Positions 54,803-63,207 of a stretch of 64,000 bases of DNA are shown here, in pieces. Within the stretch, counting starts at the first letter, position 1. Every line of letters begins with the position of its first letter. Both the position numbers and the translations under genes were made by a program. The notes beneath the pieces are model-generated. The model was not told the origin of the DNA. It ran no database searches and saw nothing but the letters and a program-made list of their open reading frames with translations. Source of the DNA: an uncultured Pseudomonadota bacterium (GTDB taxonomy: Bacteria > Pseudomonadota > Gammaproteobacteria > Burkholderiales > SG8-39); assembly GCA_903921325.1 (NCBI GenBank), contig CAIXPL010000028.1, forward strand, positions 9,829 to 73,828, read 5' to 3'.

Positions 54803-55771
54803 TCAGCTCGCGGTCTTTGACTGCAAATCGACAACCGCGCTCACCGCCGCCTTGATCGCAGCCGGATCGAGAATCAGCGTGATGTGAGTGACCCCGGGGA
54901 TCAATGTGACGGGCCAGTCGCGACTCAGATCGTGAAACGTCTGTTTCAACTTGTCGGAATACAGCAACTCGTCGTCGCCGCCAGCCACCGCAGCGCAGGG
55001 CCTGTTCGCAGCACGAATGTCGGCGGCGAAATCCAGGTGCGGCTGGAAATTAGCCATGAGCGAGAACGAATACTGCGGTGTCAGTACGCTGCGGGCTTGC
55101 TCATTGAGAGCGAAACGAATCACCGGCAAATCATTGAACACGCGAATGCCAAGGCTATTCAGAAAGAACACAACCATCAGGCGCGGGAAGCCAAGGCTGG
55201 CCCAACCACCCGTGCCGGGTCGTGCATTCGGCGCACGGCCGCCCAGAAACGGTGCGAGCAGCAGGTAGCTCTGAAATTGAATTTGCCGGGCGCTGGCGGC
55301 ATAGCGCAACACGAAACCGCCCCCCGCAGAGAATCCGGCTAGCGTCGCAGGCTGCACCGGGGCGACCGCGCGGACGAATGCATCGATGTCGTCTTCCAGT
55401 TGCCCGACATACGCAATGGTGCCCTTTGTGCCTGATTCACCGTGACCGCGCATATCCAGCACATAGACCGCGAAACCTTCGTGAGCGTATCCCTTGGCCA
55501 ACACGTGCATGCTCGCACTACTGGCCGATGACCCATGGATGAGCACGACGCTCCCGCGTGGATGGGCAGACCCTGGGGCGTACTGGCGATAGGCAAGCGA
55601 CACACCGTCATCCCCCGGAAAATGCTGTAACGGAGGCAAATTAGAATAGTCCACCGCGAGAAATGGATTGTTGATCCAGGGTAGTGGCGCTGGCGTGCTC
55701 GGGCCGCCGAAGACGATGGCGGCGGCGAGCACGATCAGCAATACAAGAAGGACTGCTATCAATGCGGTCAT
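54803..55771 (-). CDS. Membrane-anchored alpha/beta hydrolase
   Basis: ORF trimmed to MTALIAVLLVLLIVLAAAIVF. Motifs are VVLIHGSSASS and DMRGHGESG. Confidence 0.75.
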   Translation of the reverse strand: MTALIAVLLVLLIVLAAAIVFGGPSTPAPLPWINNPFLAVDYSNLPPLQHFPGDDGVSLAYRQYAPGSAHPRGSVVLIHGSSASSASMHVLAKGYAHEGFAVYVLDMRGHGESGTKGTIAYVGQLEDDIDAFVRAVAPVQPATLAGFSAGGGFVLRYAASARQIQFQSYLLLAPFLGGRAPNARPGTGGWASLGFPRLMVVFFLNSLGIRVFNDLPVIRFALNEQARSVLTPQYSFSLMANFQPHLDFAADIRAANRPCAAVAGGDDELLYSDKLKQTFHDLSRDWPVTLIPGVTHITLILDPAAIKAAVSAVVDLQSKTAS

Positions 55772-55865
55772 TCGGTCCAACCCCTGGTTGTGGCGCGCGC
55801 CGTGCGCGCGGCTCAATCCGGCAATTCTACCGATCACACGACCACCCATCGATCAACCGACTCGA

Positions 55866-56828
55866 TCAATCGGCGTGTATGCCGGTGGCACGGATCAGTT
55901 CGCCATACTGCCGGTTTTGCTTTCGGATCAAATCGGCAAATTCATCCGGACTGGTGCCGTTGGAATCCACACCCAACACCGCCAGGCGCACCCGCGTCTG
56001 CGGCGCGTTGACCGCGCGCACGATGTCTCGCGACAACCGGTCGATGATCTCGCGTGGGGTTTTGGCAGGGGCGAAATAGCCCAGGGCGATGTCGACGCCA
56101 TAGCCTGCCACGCCCGCCTCGGCAATCGTTGGTATGTCCGGACGCTGGCCCGAGCGGGTGCTGGCCGCAATCGCGAGCACGCGGAGCTTGCCCGTCTTCT
56201 CATGCTGCGCAATCGAAGCAATGCCAGCGAACACTGCTACCACATCGCCCGCCACCACCGCCGGGACAGCCTGACCCGCGCCCTTATAGGGCACGTGAAT
56301 GAAGTCGACGCCGGCCAGCGATTTCAGCAACTCGAGTGCCAGATGATGCGATGTGCCGCTGCCCGAGGAACCAAACGGCAGGCCGGGTTTGCTGCGAGCG
56401 AGCGCCAGTAGTTCGGACACCGAACGCACGGGCAGGTCCCCATTGACGGTCAGAAAGATCGGCGACATCGCGGCGAGGGACACCGGCTCGAAGTCACGCA
56501 GAGGATCCAGATTGATTGCCGGGTTCAGGGTCGGCAGCACGGCATAGAGGGATGAGTCAGCGATCAGCACGGTGTAGCCATCGGGTGCGGCGCGCTTGAC
56601 CAGATCAGCGGCCACCGCGCCGCCGCCGCCCGGCCGATTGTCAATCACAACCGATTGGCCCAGGCTGTCTGACAAGGGCTGCGCTATCGTGCGCGCAAGC
56701 ACATCGGGTTGCCCGCCTGGCGGGAACGGCACGATGACCCGAATCGAGCGCAGCGGATACTCCTGTGCCCCGACACCCTGCGGGATCGCCACACCGAGCG
56801 CAGCTCCGAGCACTATCGCGTACGCCAT
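55866..56828 (-). CDS. Bug/TctC-family substrate-binding protein
   Basis: SIRVIVPFPPGGQPDVLAR. The start is uncertain (56828 or 56888), and the signal peptide is MAYAIVLGAALGVAIPQGVGAQ. Confidence 0.85.
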   Translation of the reverse strand: MAYAIVLGAALGVAIPQGVGAQEYPLRSIRVIVPFPPGGQPDVLARTIAQPLSDSLGQSVVIDNRPGGGGAVAADLVKRAAPDGYTVLIADSSLYAVLPTLNPAINLDPLRDFEPVSLAAMSPIFLTVNGDLPVRSVSELLALARSKPGLPFGSSGSGTSHHLALELLKSLAGVDFIHVPYKGAGQAVPAVVAGDVVAVFAGIASIAQHEKTGKLRVLAIAASTRSGQRPDIPTIAEAGVAGYGVDIALGYFAPAKTPREIIDRLSRDIVRAVNAPQTRVRLAVLGVDSNGTSPDEFADLIRKQNRQYGELIRATGIHAD

Positions 56829-56850
56829 CCTGAGCGTTGCACAAAGTCCT

Positions 56851-56883
56851 GGACCAGGCGCGGAATGCGTTCGCGCCTGGTCC
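56851..56883. repeat. Perfect 12-bp-stem inverted repeat GGACCAGGCGCG-N9-CGCGCCTGGTCC
   Basis: Read directly. It lies at or just upstream of the start of the Bug gene, within the divergent region shared with the 57144 gene. Confidence 0.9.
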
Positions 56884-57143
56884 TCCATTGCCAGTCGAAT
56901 CACCAGCGCGTCAGCCGGTGGCCGTGCGTGCCGTGCACTGTTGGTTGCCGTCATGATTTGCCTCCCCGCGCCCGGCGCGGTTGCTATTCTGTGATCGTTT
57001 CCAGCGCCGCTCTATCGAAGCGTGCGCCGTGGCGATAGTATGAGGCTCCGACCCATTGCACGCGGCGTTTGCATCGCATGCCGAGCCGCTGGGATCGAAC
57101 TCCCGGCGCACCGCATGCCGGCGGATGACCACTGAGGGACACC

Positions 57144-58724
57144 ATGACGCCTGAATACTGCATGAGCCTGATTCGCAAGACCGCGACCGTACTGCTACTC
57201 GGACTGACCTGCAGCGTGCCAGCCTGGGCCGACATCAGCCGTCTGGAAATCACCTCGCAAAAACCCTATGGTGTGTTTCGCGGTGGCGAATTTGCCCTCT
57301 GGGAAGGCAAAGTCCACGGATCACTCGCACCTACCGAGCCCATTCCGGGATTGAGTCAAGCCGCCCGAAATTCGCAAGGACGCGTCGATTACAGCGCACG
57401 CATCGTTCTGATCATCCCGGTCGGGCAGAATCGTGGTAACGGCGCCTTGCTCGTCGATATCCCGAACCGCGGGCGCGCCTACGGCCTGGCGAACTACAAT
57501 TCACCGCGCGATGAAGCTTTCCAGGCGGGCACTTTCGAGCAGGGCACCGGCTTTTTGCAGGATGCCGGGTTCAGTCTGCTGGAGGTCTATTGGGAACTGG
57601 GCCAGGGAGCCGATTTGCCCAGTTGGGTTGACGCGGCGGGCAAGAGGCAATTTGTCGAAGGCGCGGGCTTTGCCATTGTGCGCGATGCAGTCGATTACTT
57701 TGCCCATCGGGCGACCGACAGCGCCGGCACCCCCAATCCGCTCAAAGGTTCAATCAATCGGGTCATTGGCAGCGGCAAGTCGCAGGACGGCCGCTTCCTG
57801 AAATCGTTCCTGCTGCACGGATTCAATCAGACCGCCGGGCGCCGCGTCTTTGACGGTCTGCATGTCTTTGTCGCGGCAGCTGGATTGTTGCCCATCATGA
57901 CAACGGGGCCCGGACCGCAATCGAGCGGCAATGGCGTACCCACGTTTGATGACCCCGAGTTCCGCGGTGACACCGAAGAACCGTTGACCATCGGCGAGCT
58001 GGTGAGGCAGATTGAAGCGCGTGGCGAAGTCCCGCCTAAAATCGTGATGATCAATTCGGTTTCGGACTATTACTCGCGCCGCGCCTCGCTTGGACGCACG
58101 GGTGCAAGCGGCAGTTCGGATCAACCCATTCCGCCGAATGTGCGCATGTACGACATTGCCGGTGCATCCCATGTGCGGGTTGCCAGCGCCCCGGCCGAAT
58201 GCCAGGTGCCACCAGGACGTCTCGATTGGACTCCCGTTTCGCGTGCCACGCTGATGCGTCTGGATGAATGGGTCGGCATCAATGAGTCACCGCCCGACAG
58301 CATGTTGATGCCACTGGAACCTGCGCCCGACCAACCGCCGGCTCTGCGTGCACCGGTGTACTTTCCCCAGGCGATCGTTCAAGTCCCGCGACGCGATGCT
58401 GATGGCAACGCGCTGGGCGGTGTACGGCTACCCGATCTTGCGGTCCCGTTGGGCACTCACGGCGGGCAGAACAAACCGCTCACCTTCGCCTGTATGTTGA
58501 TTGGCTCCTGGTCACCGTTTGCCGCCACTGAGGCCGAGCGGCAGGCCGCCAGTGACAAGCGGCTGTCGCTTGCCGAACGCTACAGCAGCCGGGATGACTA
58601 TGTCGGCCGCGTTCGCCTCGCGAGCCACGCGCTTATCGCTGAAGGCTTCCTGCTACCCGATGACGCCGCGGTGATCATCCAGGCCGCGGCAGCGCAAGCG
58701 GCGCTTGCCAGGCTGCGCCGGTAG
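57144..58724 (+). CDS. Secreted hypothetical protein, probably of the large alpha/beta-hydrolase-domain family
   Basis: GAGGGA SD; signal peptide ..TATVLLLGLTCSVPAWA. ALLVDIPNRGRAYGLANYNS resembles proteins annotated 'alpha/beta hydrolase domain-containing' (from memory). No catalytic motif was verified. Confidence 0.6.
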   Translation: MTPEYCMSLIRKTATVLLLGLTCSVPAWADISRLEITSQKPYGVFRGGEFALWEGKVHGSLAPTEPIPGLSQAARNSQGRVDYSARIVLIIPVGQNRGNGALLVDIPNRGRAYGLANYNSPRDEAFQAGTFEQGTGFLQDAGFSLLEVYWELGQGADLPSWVDAAGKRQFVEGAGFAIVRDAVDYFAHRATDSAGTPNPLKGSINRVIGSGKSQDGRFLKSFLLHGFNQTAGRRVFDGLHVFVAAAGLLPIMTTGPGPQSSGNGVPTFDDPEFRGDTEEPLTIGELVRQIEARGEVPPKIVMINSVSDYYSRRASLGRTGASGSSDQPIPPNVRMYDIAGASHVRVASAPAECQVPPGRLDWTPVSRATLMRLDEWVGINESPPDSMLMPLEPAPDQPPALRAPVYFPQAIVQVPRRDADGNALGGVRLPDLAVPLGTHGGQNKPLTFACMLIGSWSPFAATEAERQAASDKRLSLAERYSSRDDYVGRVRLASHALIAEGFLLPDDAAVIIQAAAAQAALARLRR

Positions 58725-58754
58725 GCTGCCCGTGCTGGTGCTCCCCCGGACCGC

Positions 58755-59366
58755 TCAAATCGGCCGGATCAGCACTTTGCGGAACTTGACAATGCCGCCG
58801 CTATATTGCAGCGCGACATGGCCTGCTGCGAGCTTGTTGTCGGTGGCAGTTGCGGTCACCACACCGTTCAGCCGATAGGTAAGTTGATCGCCCTTGAGTC
58901 TGATCTCCAGCGTGTTCCAATGCCCACCGGCTTTGACCACCGACAAGACTTTGGCGATATTAGGAATGCCACCGGTACCGTAGGTCGGGTCGGGTCGTGT
59001 GTCCCAGATGTTGAATTCATAGCAGGTAGTAGCACCCACCTTGGTCGGATCGCTGCAGCGCACGAAAACGCCCGAGTTGGTGTCCGAATCCACCCACAAT
59101 TCGGCATAAATCTCAAAGTCGGCAAACGTTTTTTTGCTGACCAGAAATGAGCCCGCCTTATCGCGCATGAAATCAGCCTTCAGTACGCCTTGCTGAATCC
59201 GCCAGTTGGCCTGGCCCTGCTCAGTCCAGTCATTCAGATTTGAATGCCGGTCAAACAAGGTGATCCAGCCCTCGCCCGCCGGTGCACCGCTCATGGACAT
59301 GCCGGCACATGCGCCAAGGCACAGCACACTGATCAGGACAAACAAGCATCGAGTGATGCGTTTCAT
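58755..59366 (-). CDS. DUF1080 (3-keto-disaccharide-hydrolase-like, concanavalin fold) lipoprotein
   Basis: ORF trimmed to MKRITRCLFVLISVLCLGAC (GAGGAG upstream). Motifs are GWITLFDRHSNLNDW, FADFEIYAELWVDSDTNSGVFVR and GHWNTLEIRLKGDQLTYRLNG. GC content is visibly lower than in the flanks. Confidence 0.75.
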   Translation of the reverse strand: MKRITRCLFVLISVLCLGACAGMSMSGAPAGEGWITLFDRHSNLNDWTEQGQANWRIQQGVLKADFMRDKAGSFLVSKKTFADFEIYAELWVDSDTNSGVFVRCSDPTKVGATTCYEFNIWDTRPDPTYGTGGIPNIAKVLSVVKAGGHWNTLEIRLKGDQLTYRLNGVVTATATDNKLAAGHVALQYSGGIVKFRKVLIRPI

Positions 59367-59486
59367 GGTTATGGTCTCCTCGTGTTGAAGTGGCTTTTTT
59401 TGTTCTTGCCGTGATGGTACCTTGTGCATGAAGCCGGTGTCAGAACAGTCACCTGTCCCACCTAACTCATCGTTCTATTGCCCTTC

Positions 59487-59612
59487 ATGGCATCCGACGC
59501 AGGCTATGCCGAGTATGTTTGCGATCAGCTCGCTGCGGTGGGCAATGTTTCGGTGCGCCGGATGTTCGGCGAATATGCCCTGAAAAACCGAAATCTGCCA
59601 AAACAAAAGTGA
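59487..59612 (+). pseudogene. Truncated TfoX/Sxy N-terminal-domain gene fragment (41 codons)
   Basis: The manual translation MASDAGYAEYVCDQLAAVGNVSVRRMFGEYALKNRNLPKQK* was missing from the ORF track (under 60 aa). The first ~31 aa match the TfoX_N start (..VCDQL...RKMFGEY.L). The sequence then switches to AT-rich DNA and stops. Confidence 0.5.
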
Positions 59613-59622
59613 GGCTTGCTCG

Positions 59623-60081
59623 ATGAAAATCCTTAAGCGCCAGGACCGATGGGGGGCGACGCTTTTGATGCTTCTTCTGATGCTCCCGCTGAGCGTCATG
59701 GCCGAAGACCTGCCGGAAAAGATCGTTGGCGTGTGGGCGATCGAGGGATCGGAATTTGAGGGTGACAACCTGCTGGGGGGGCAGGCGTTCTACCTTGACG
59801 CACACAATGGCGGAGTGATGGTGACCGCGCCATTGCCCGTGCGACCCTGTACCGATGGCACCGCGTGCCATACCGTCGTTGGATTCAAACTCGATGTATT
59901 CATCGATAGCGAAGGCGACCAGATCAAGCTGCGCTTGCTGGAAAGAAACCGGCTGTTCGAATTGCGTCTGCAGTACGAGGAAGCCAGCCACACCCTGGTT
60001 GGACCCAACCGGCAACACCTCATCCGGCACAGTGCCACGGTGCCTGATGAATTGAGCGTGTCATTAAAACCGCGGTCCTGA
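59623..60081 (+). CDS. Secreted hypothetical protein
   Basis: Signal peptide MKILKRQDRWGATLLMLLLMLPLSVMA, with GAGG 9 nt upstream. I recognise no family. Confidence 0.55.
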   Translation: MKILKRQDRWGATLLMLLLMLPLSVMAEDLPEKIVGVWAIEGSEFEGDNLLGGQAFYLDAHNGGVMVTAPLPVRPCTDGTACHTVVGFKLDVFIDSEGDQIKLRLLERNRLFELRLQYEEASHTLVGPNRQHLIRHSATVPDELSVSLKPRS

Positions 60082-60105
60082 GCCGCCCCATTTCGAGAAG
60101 ACATC

Positions 60106-61152
60106 ATGCAACCAAATTCAAACCGGCGTGGTTTTCTGGCGGCCTGCGGGTGCGCAGTCGGATTGAGCGCACTCGGTCAGGGCTGCGCATCAAGCAATGC
60201 CCCGGGCATGGCGAGCGGGGAGGCAAAACGGATTGACGTACACCATCACTTGATTCCGGCGAGCTATCTGGCGGCGGTGGCCGAGTACCGCATCGGTTCG
60301 CAACCGCGGCCGTGGTCACCCGCCCTTTCGCTGCAGGAAATGGACCGCAACGGCATTGCAACCGCGATGCTATCGATCATTCAACCGGGCATATGGCGTA
60401 AGGAAGACCGCGCCAAGAGCCGCCGCATGGCGCGCGACATCAATGAATATGGCGCGACCCTCGTGCGGGATTACCCGCGACGCTTCGGACTGTGGGCGGC
60501 CCTTCCATTGCCCGACATCGATGGCAGTCTGGCGGAAATTGAGTACGCATTTGACACCCTGCACGCCGATGGCATCGGCCTGATGACCAGTTTCGACCAG
60601 ACCTACCTCGGGAGCGTGACCTTTGCCCCGGTCTATGCCGAGCTCAATCGGCGCAAGGCCGTCATCTATGTTCACCCGCAAACCCCGGACTGCTGCAGTC
60701 AGATCGCCAGTGAAATGCCGGCATCGAGTGTTGAATATGCAACGGATACCACCCGCACCATCGGCAGTGTGATTTTCAGCGGCACGGCCGCCCGCTATCC
60801 CGACATTCGCTGGATCTTCTCGCATTCTGGCGGGACCGCGCCCTTTCTGATCAGCCGCTTCGAACTGGTCGATCAAAGCATCAAGGATCGCTCGTTGATC
60901 CCGCATGGGGCTTTGCATGAAATGAAAAAGTTTCACTACGACACGGCGCAGGGCAACCACCGCGGCGCTCTGGATGCGCTGCGTGCCGTGGTGCCGACCT
61001 CGCAGATTCTGTTTGGTACCGATTACCCGATGCGCCCGGCGAAAGAGGAAGTCGATGCGCTGGCCGCTTACGGCTTTACGGCGGCAGAACGTGCGGCCAT
61101 TGATTTTGAGAATGCGCAGCGCCTGATCACACGGCTGGCAGTGCAGGCATGA
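60106..61152 (+). CDS. Amidohydrolase-2 (ACMSD/LigW-type metal-dependent hydrolase/decarboxylase) family protein with Tat-type leader
   Basis: MQPNSNRRGFLAACGCAVGLSALGQG leader, RIDVHHHLIP (HxH metal motif), and later IYVHPQ / FSHSGG / GTDYP. Confidence 0.8.
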   Translation: MQPNSNRRGFLAACGCAVGLSALGQGCASSNAPGMASGEAKRIDVHHHLIPASYLAAVAEYRIGSQPRPWSPALSLQEMDRNGIATAMLSIIQPGIWRKEDRAKSRRMARDINEYGATLVRDYPRRFGLWAALPLPDIDGSLAEIEYAFDTLHADGIGLMTSFDQTYLGSVTFAPVYAELNRRKAVIYVHPQTPDCCSQIASEMPASSVEYATDTTRTIGSVIFSGTAARYPDIRWIFSHSGGTAPFLISRFELVDQSIKDRSLIPHGALHEMKKFHYDTAQGNHRGALDALRAVVPTSQILFGTDYPMRPAKEEVDALAAYGFTAAERAAIDFENAQRLITRLAVQA

Positions 61153-62141
61153 TGACCCTGCCTCTCTCTGCCCTGTCCGCCGCGAGCGCTGTGTTCGCTG
61201 TGGCGAGCCTGCTTGCCGGCATCACAGCGGATGCACAATCCTGGCCGGTCAAGCCGATTCGCGTCATCGTCCCGGTGCCTGCAGGCAGCGGCATGGACAA
61301 TGTGGCTCGCATCGCCCTGGACAAAATGGGACAGAACATGTCGCAGGTGTTTGTCATCGAGAACATCTCCGGTGCCAATACCAATATCGGCACCGCGACG
61401 GTGGCGCGTTCGGCGCCCGATGGTTATACCCTGCTGGTGTCAACCGATGCGCTGCCGCTCAACGCATTGGTCTACAAGAATCTGCCGTACGACCCGCTGC
61501 GTGATTTGCAGATGTTCGGCACCATCGCGAAGACCGTTTTCTTTCTGACAATCACTCCCTCGCTGCCAGTGCAGAATGTGCAGGAGTTCATCAGCTACGC
61601 CAAGGCGCGGCCCGGCGCCATTCCTTATGGCACTTCGGGGATCGGCAGTCCGCACCACATAGCGATGGAAATCTTCTCCCAGGCTGTCGGCATTGACCTT
61701 CTGCACGTGCCCTTCAAGGGGTCGGGTGAAAGCGTCACCGCTCTCTTGGGCGGCACGATTCAATCAGCAATGGGCCTGCCATCGTCCTTTGCCCCGCATG
61801 TCAAAACAGGCAAATTTCACGCGCTGGCGGTGACCTCGGGAACACGGGTGGCGGCGTTCCCGCAGATTCCGACGCTGCAGGAGAGCGGGGTGAACGGTGC
61901 TGATTATGAATCCTGGTACGGGCTGTTCGCGCCGACTGGCACGCCGCGTCCGGTCCTTGAGCGCCTGCATGCAGAACTCTCCAGGGTGCTGCGCGACAAG
62001 GCCTATACCGATGAGAAGCTGGGCAAGATCGGGCTTGATCCGTTTGAGTCAACCTCGCCTGAGACTGCAGAAGCACTGATCAAGACCTACTACGACAAGC
62101 TGGCACCCGTGGTAAAGAAGGCAGCCATCAAGCTCGATTGA
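61149..62141 (+). CDS. Bug/TctC-family substrate-binding protein
   Basis: ATGA overlap with the amidohydrolase stop. Motif PIRVIVPVPAGSGMDNVAR. Confidence 0.9.
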   Translation: MMTLPLSALSAASAVFAVASLLAGITADAQSWPVKPIRVIVPVPAGSGMDNVARIALDKMGQNMSQVFVIENISGANTNIGTATVARSAPDGYTLLVSTDALPLNALVYKNLPYDPLRDLQMFGTIAKTVFFLTITPSLPVQNVQEFISYAKARPGAIPYGTSGIGSPHHIAMEIFSQAVGIDLLHVPFKGSGESVTALLGGTIQSAMGLPSSFAPHVKTGKFHALAVTSGTRVAAFPQIPTLQESGVNGADYESWYGLFAPTGTPRPVLERLHAELSRVLRDKAYTDEKLGKIGLDPFESTSPETAEALIKTYYDKLAPVVKKAAIKLD

Positions 62142-62203
62142 GCAACCCGGGTAAAGCGGTCGGCGTTCGAGTCGGCCGATCGGGATCATCCCCGCCGATG
62201 CCA

Positions 62204-63070
62204 TCAGGCAAAATCCGATCGCCACACGTGGGCGGCGCGTTGTGCCATTCGCGATTGACGCGCATCTAGCGAGGCCGGTGTCCATTCCACCTGATCCGAT
62301 GCGGCTAGGTCACGGGCTCCTGCATAGGCACTCTTCCCGTACAGGGCCAGCTTTTCAGCGAACGGCGCGTTTTGCGCCTCACGGTTGATGGAAGACTCCA
62401 GCAGTAGCAAGTTGCCAATCCGGTAAATAAAGTCCTTTTGTCGCTCGGGTTGGAAAGACTCGTCCCATACGCTCGTTGGGTTCTCCGGCAACACATGTTC
62501 GATGGTGCCCGCATCGGTTTCCCAATCCGGCAGGCGCCCTGAAACATCGCCTTCAAGCTGGCACAAGACATACTTCGCCAACTTCTTGCGCCGCCCGTGG
62601 GTTTCTATTTCCTTGGTCGCGAATTCGCGCACGAAGTGCTCGTCACCCACGTAGATGTCGCGGAGCGACTGAAAAACTGCTGCTGGCGTAACGATCTGGC
62701 CGTCGAGCAGGCCCTTTGCCGCCCGATGGTATGCCGGTTCCAGCTCGTTGGTGTTGCGACCGCCGATCACGGTGTAGCGGAACGCCAAGGCACAAAGGAG
62801 TTTGAGTACTCGCACGAAATCATCAGGCGGCATGCATTCCCAGGCCGCGAAAATCAGGGGCATATGTTGTCTGACACCGAACAACTGCAAATCGCGTACA
62901 TACGGCCTTGCAGCAGGCAGGTCGATCCAATATTCGTGACTAGTGTCATCCATTGCTGCGAACAGTGCGGCGCGCTGCTCCAGCGCGCCCATGAGATTGA
63001 ACACTTCAGCAGCCGAGCGAACCTCGCCACGCACTGTCTTGAAAAGGCGCTGCTTGCGCACCTTGGCATA
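62204..63070 (-). pseudogene. N-terminally truncated GmrSD-type (DUF262/DUF1524) restriction-endonuclease remnant: only the helical middle region and DUF1524 nuclease domain remain
   Basis: The listed ORF starts at a GTG with no SD, and the frame is closed by TAG at 63071-63073. The C-terminus has the DUF1524 His-Me finger pattern TIEHVLPENP..GNLLLLESSINREAQNAPFAEK. There is no room for the ~300-aa DUF262 half before the next gene (63208). GC is visibly lower than the backbone. Confidence 0.55.
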
Positions 63071-63207
63071 CTAGCGTGCCCACTCTGGCCAGGCGCCTCC
63101 AGTGGAGGTAGTACTTCGGTGGATCAATCCATCTGCCGTGTCTTCAATTCGTGCCGTTGATTGTCGAATGACGTAATCTTGTTGCTCACCTGACAAGCGG
63201 TGCGACC

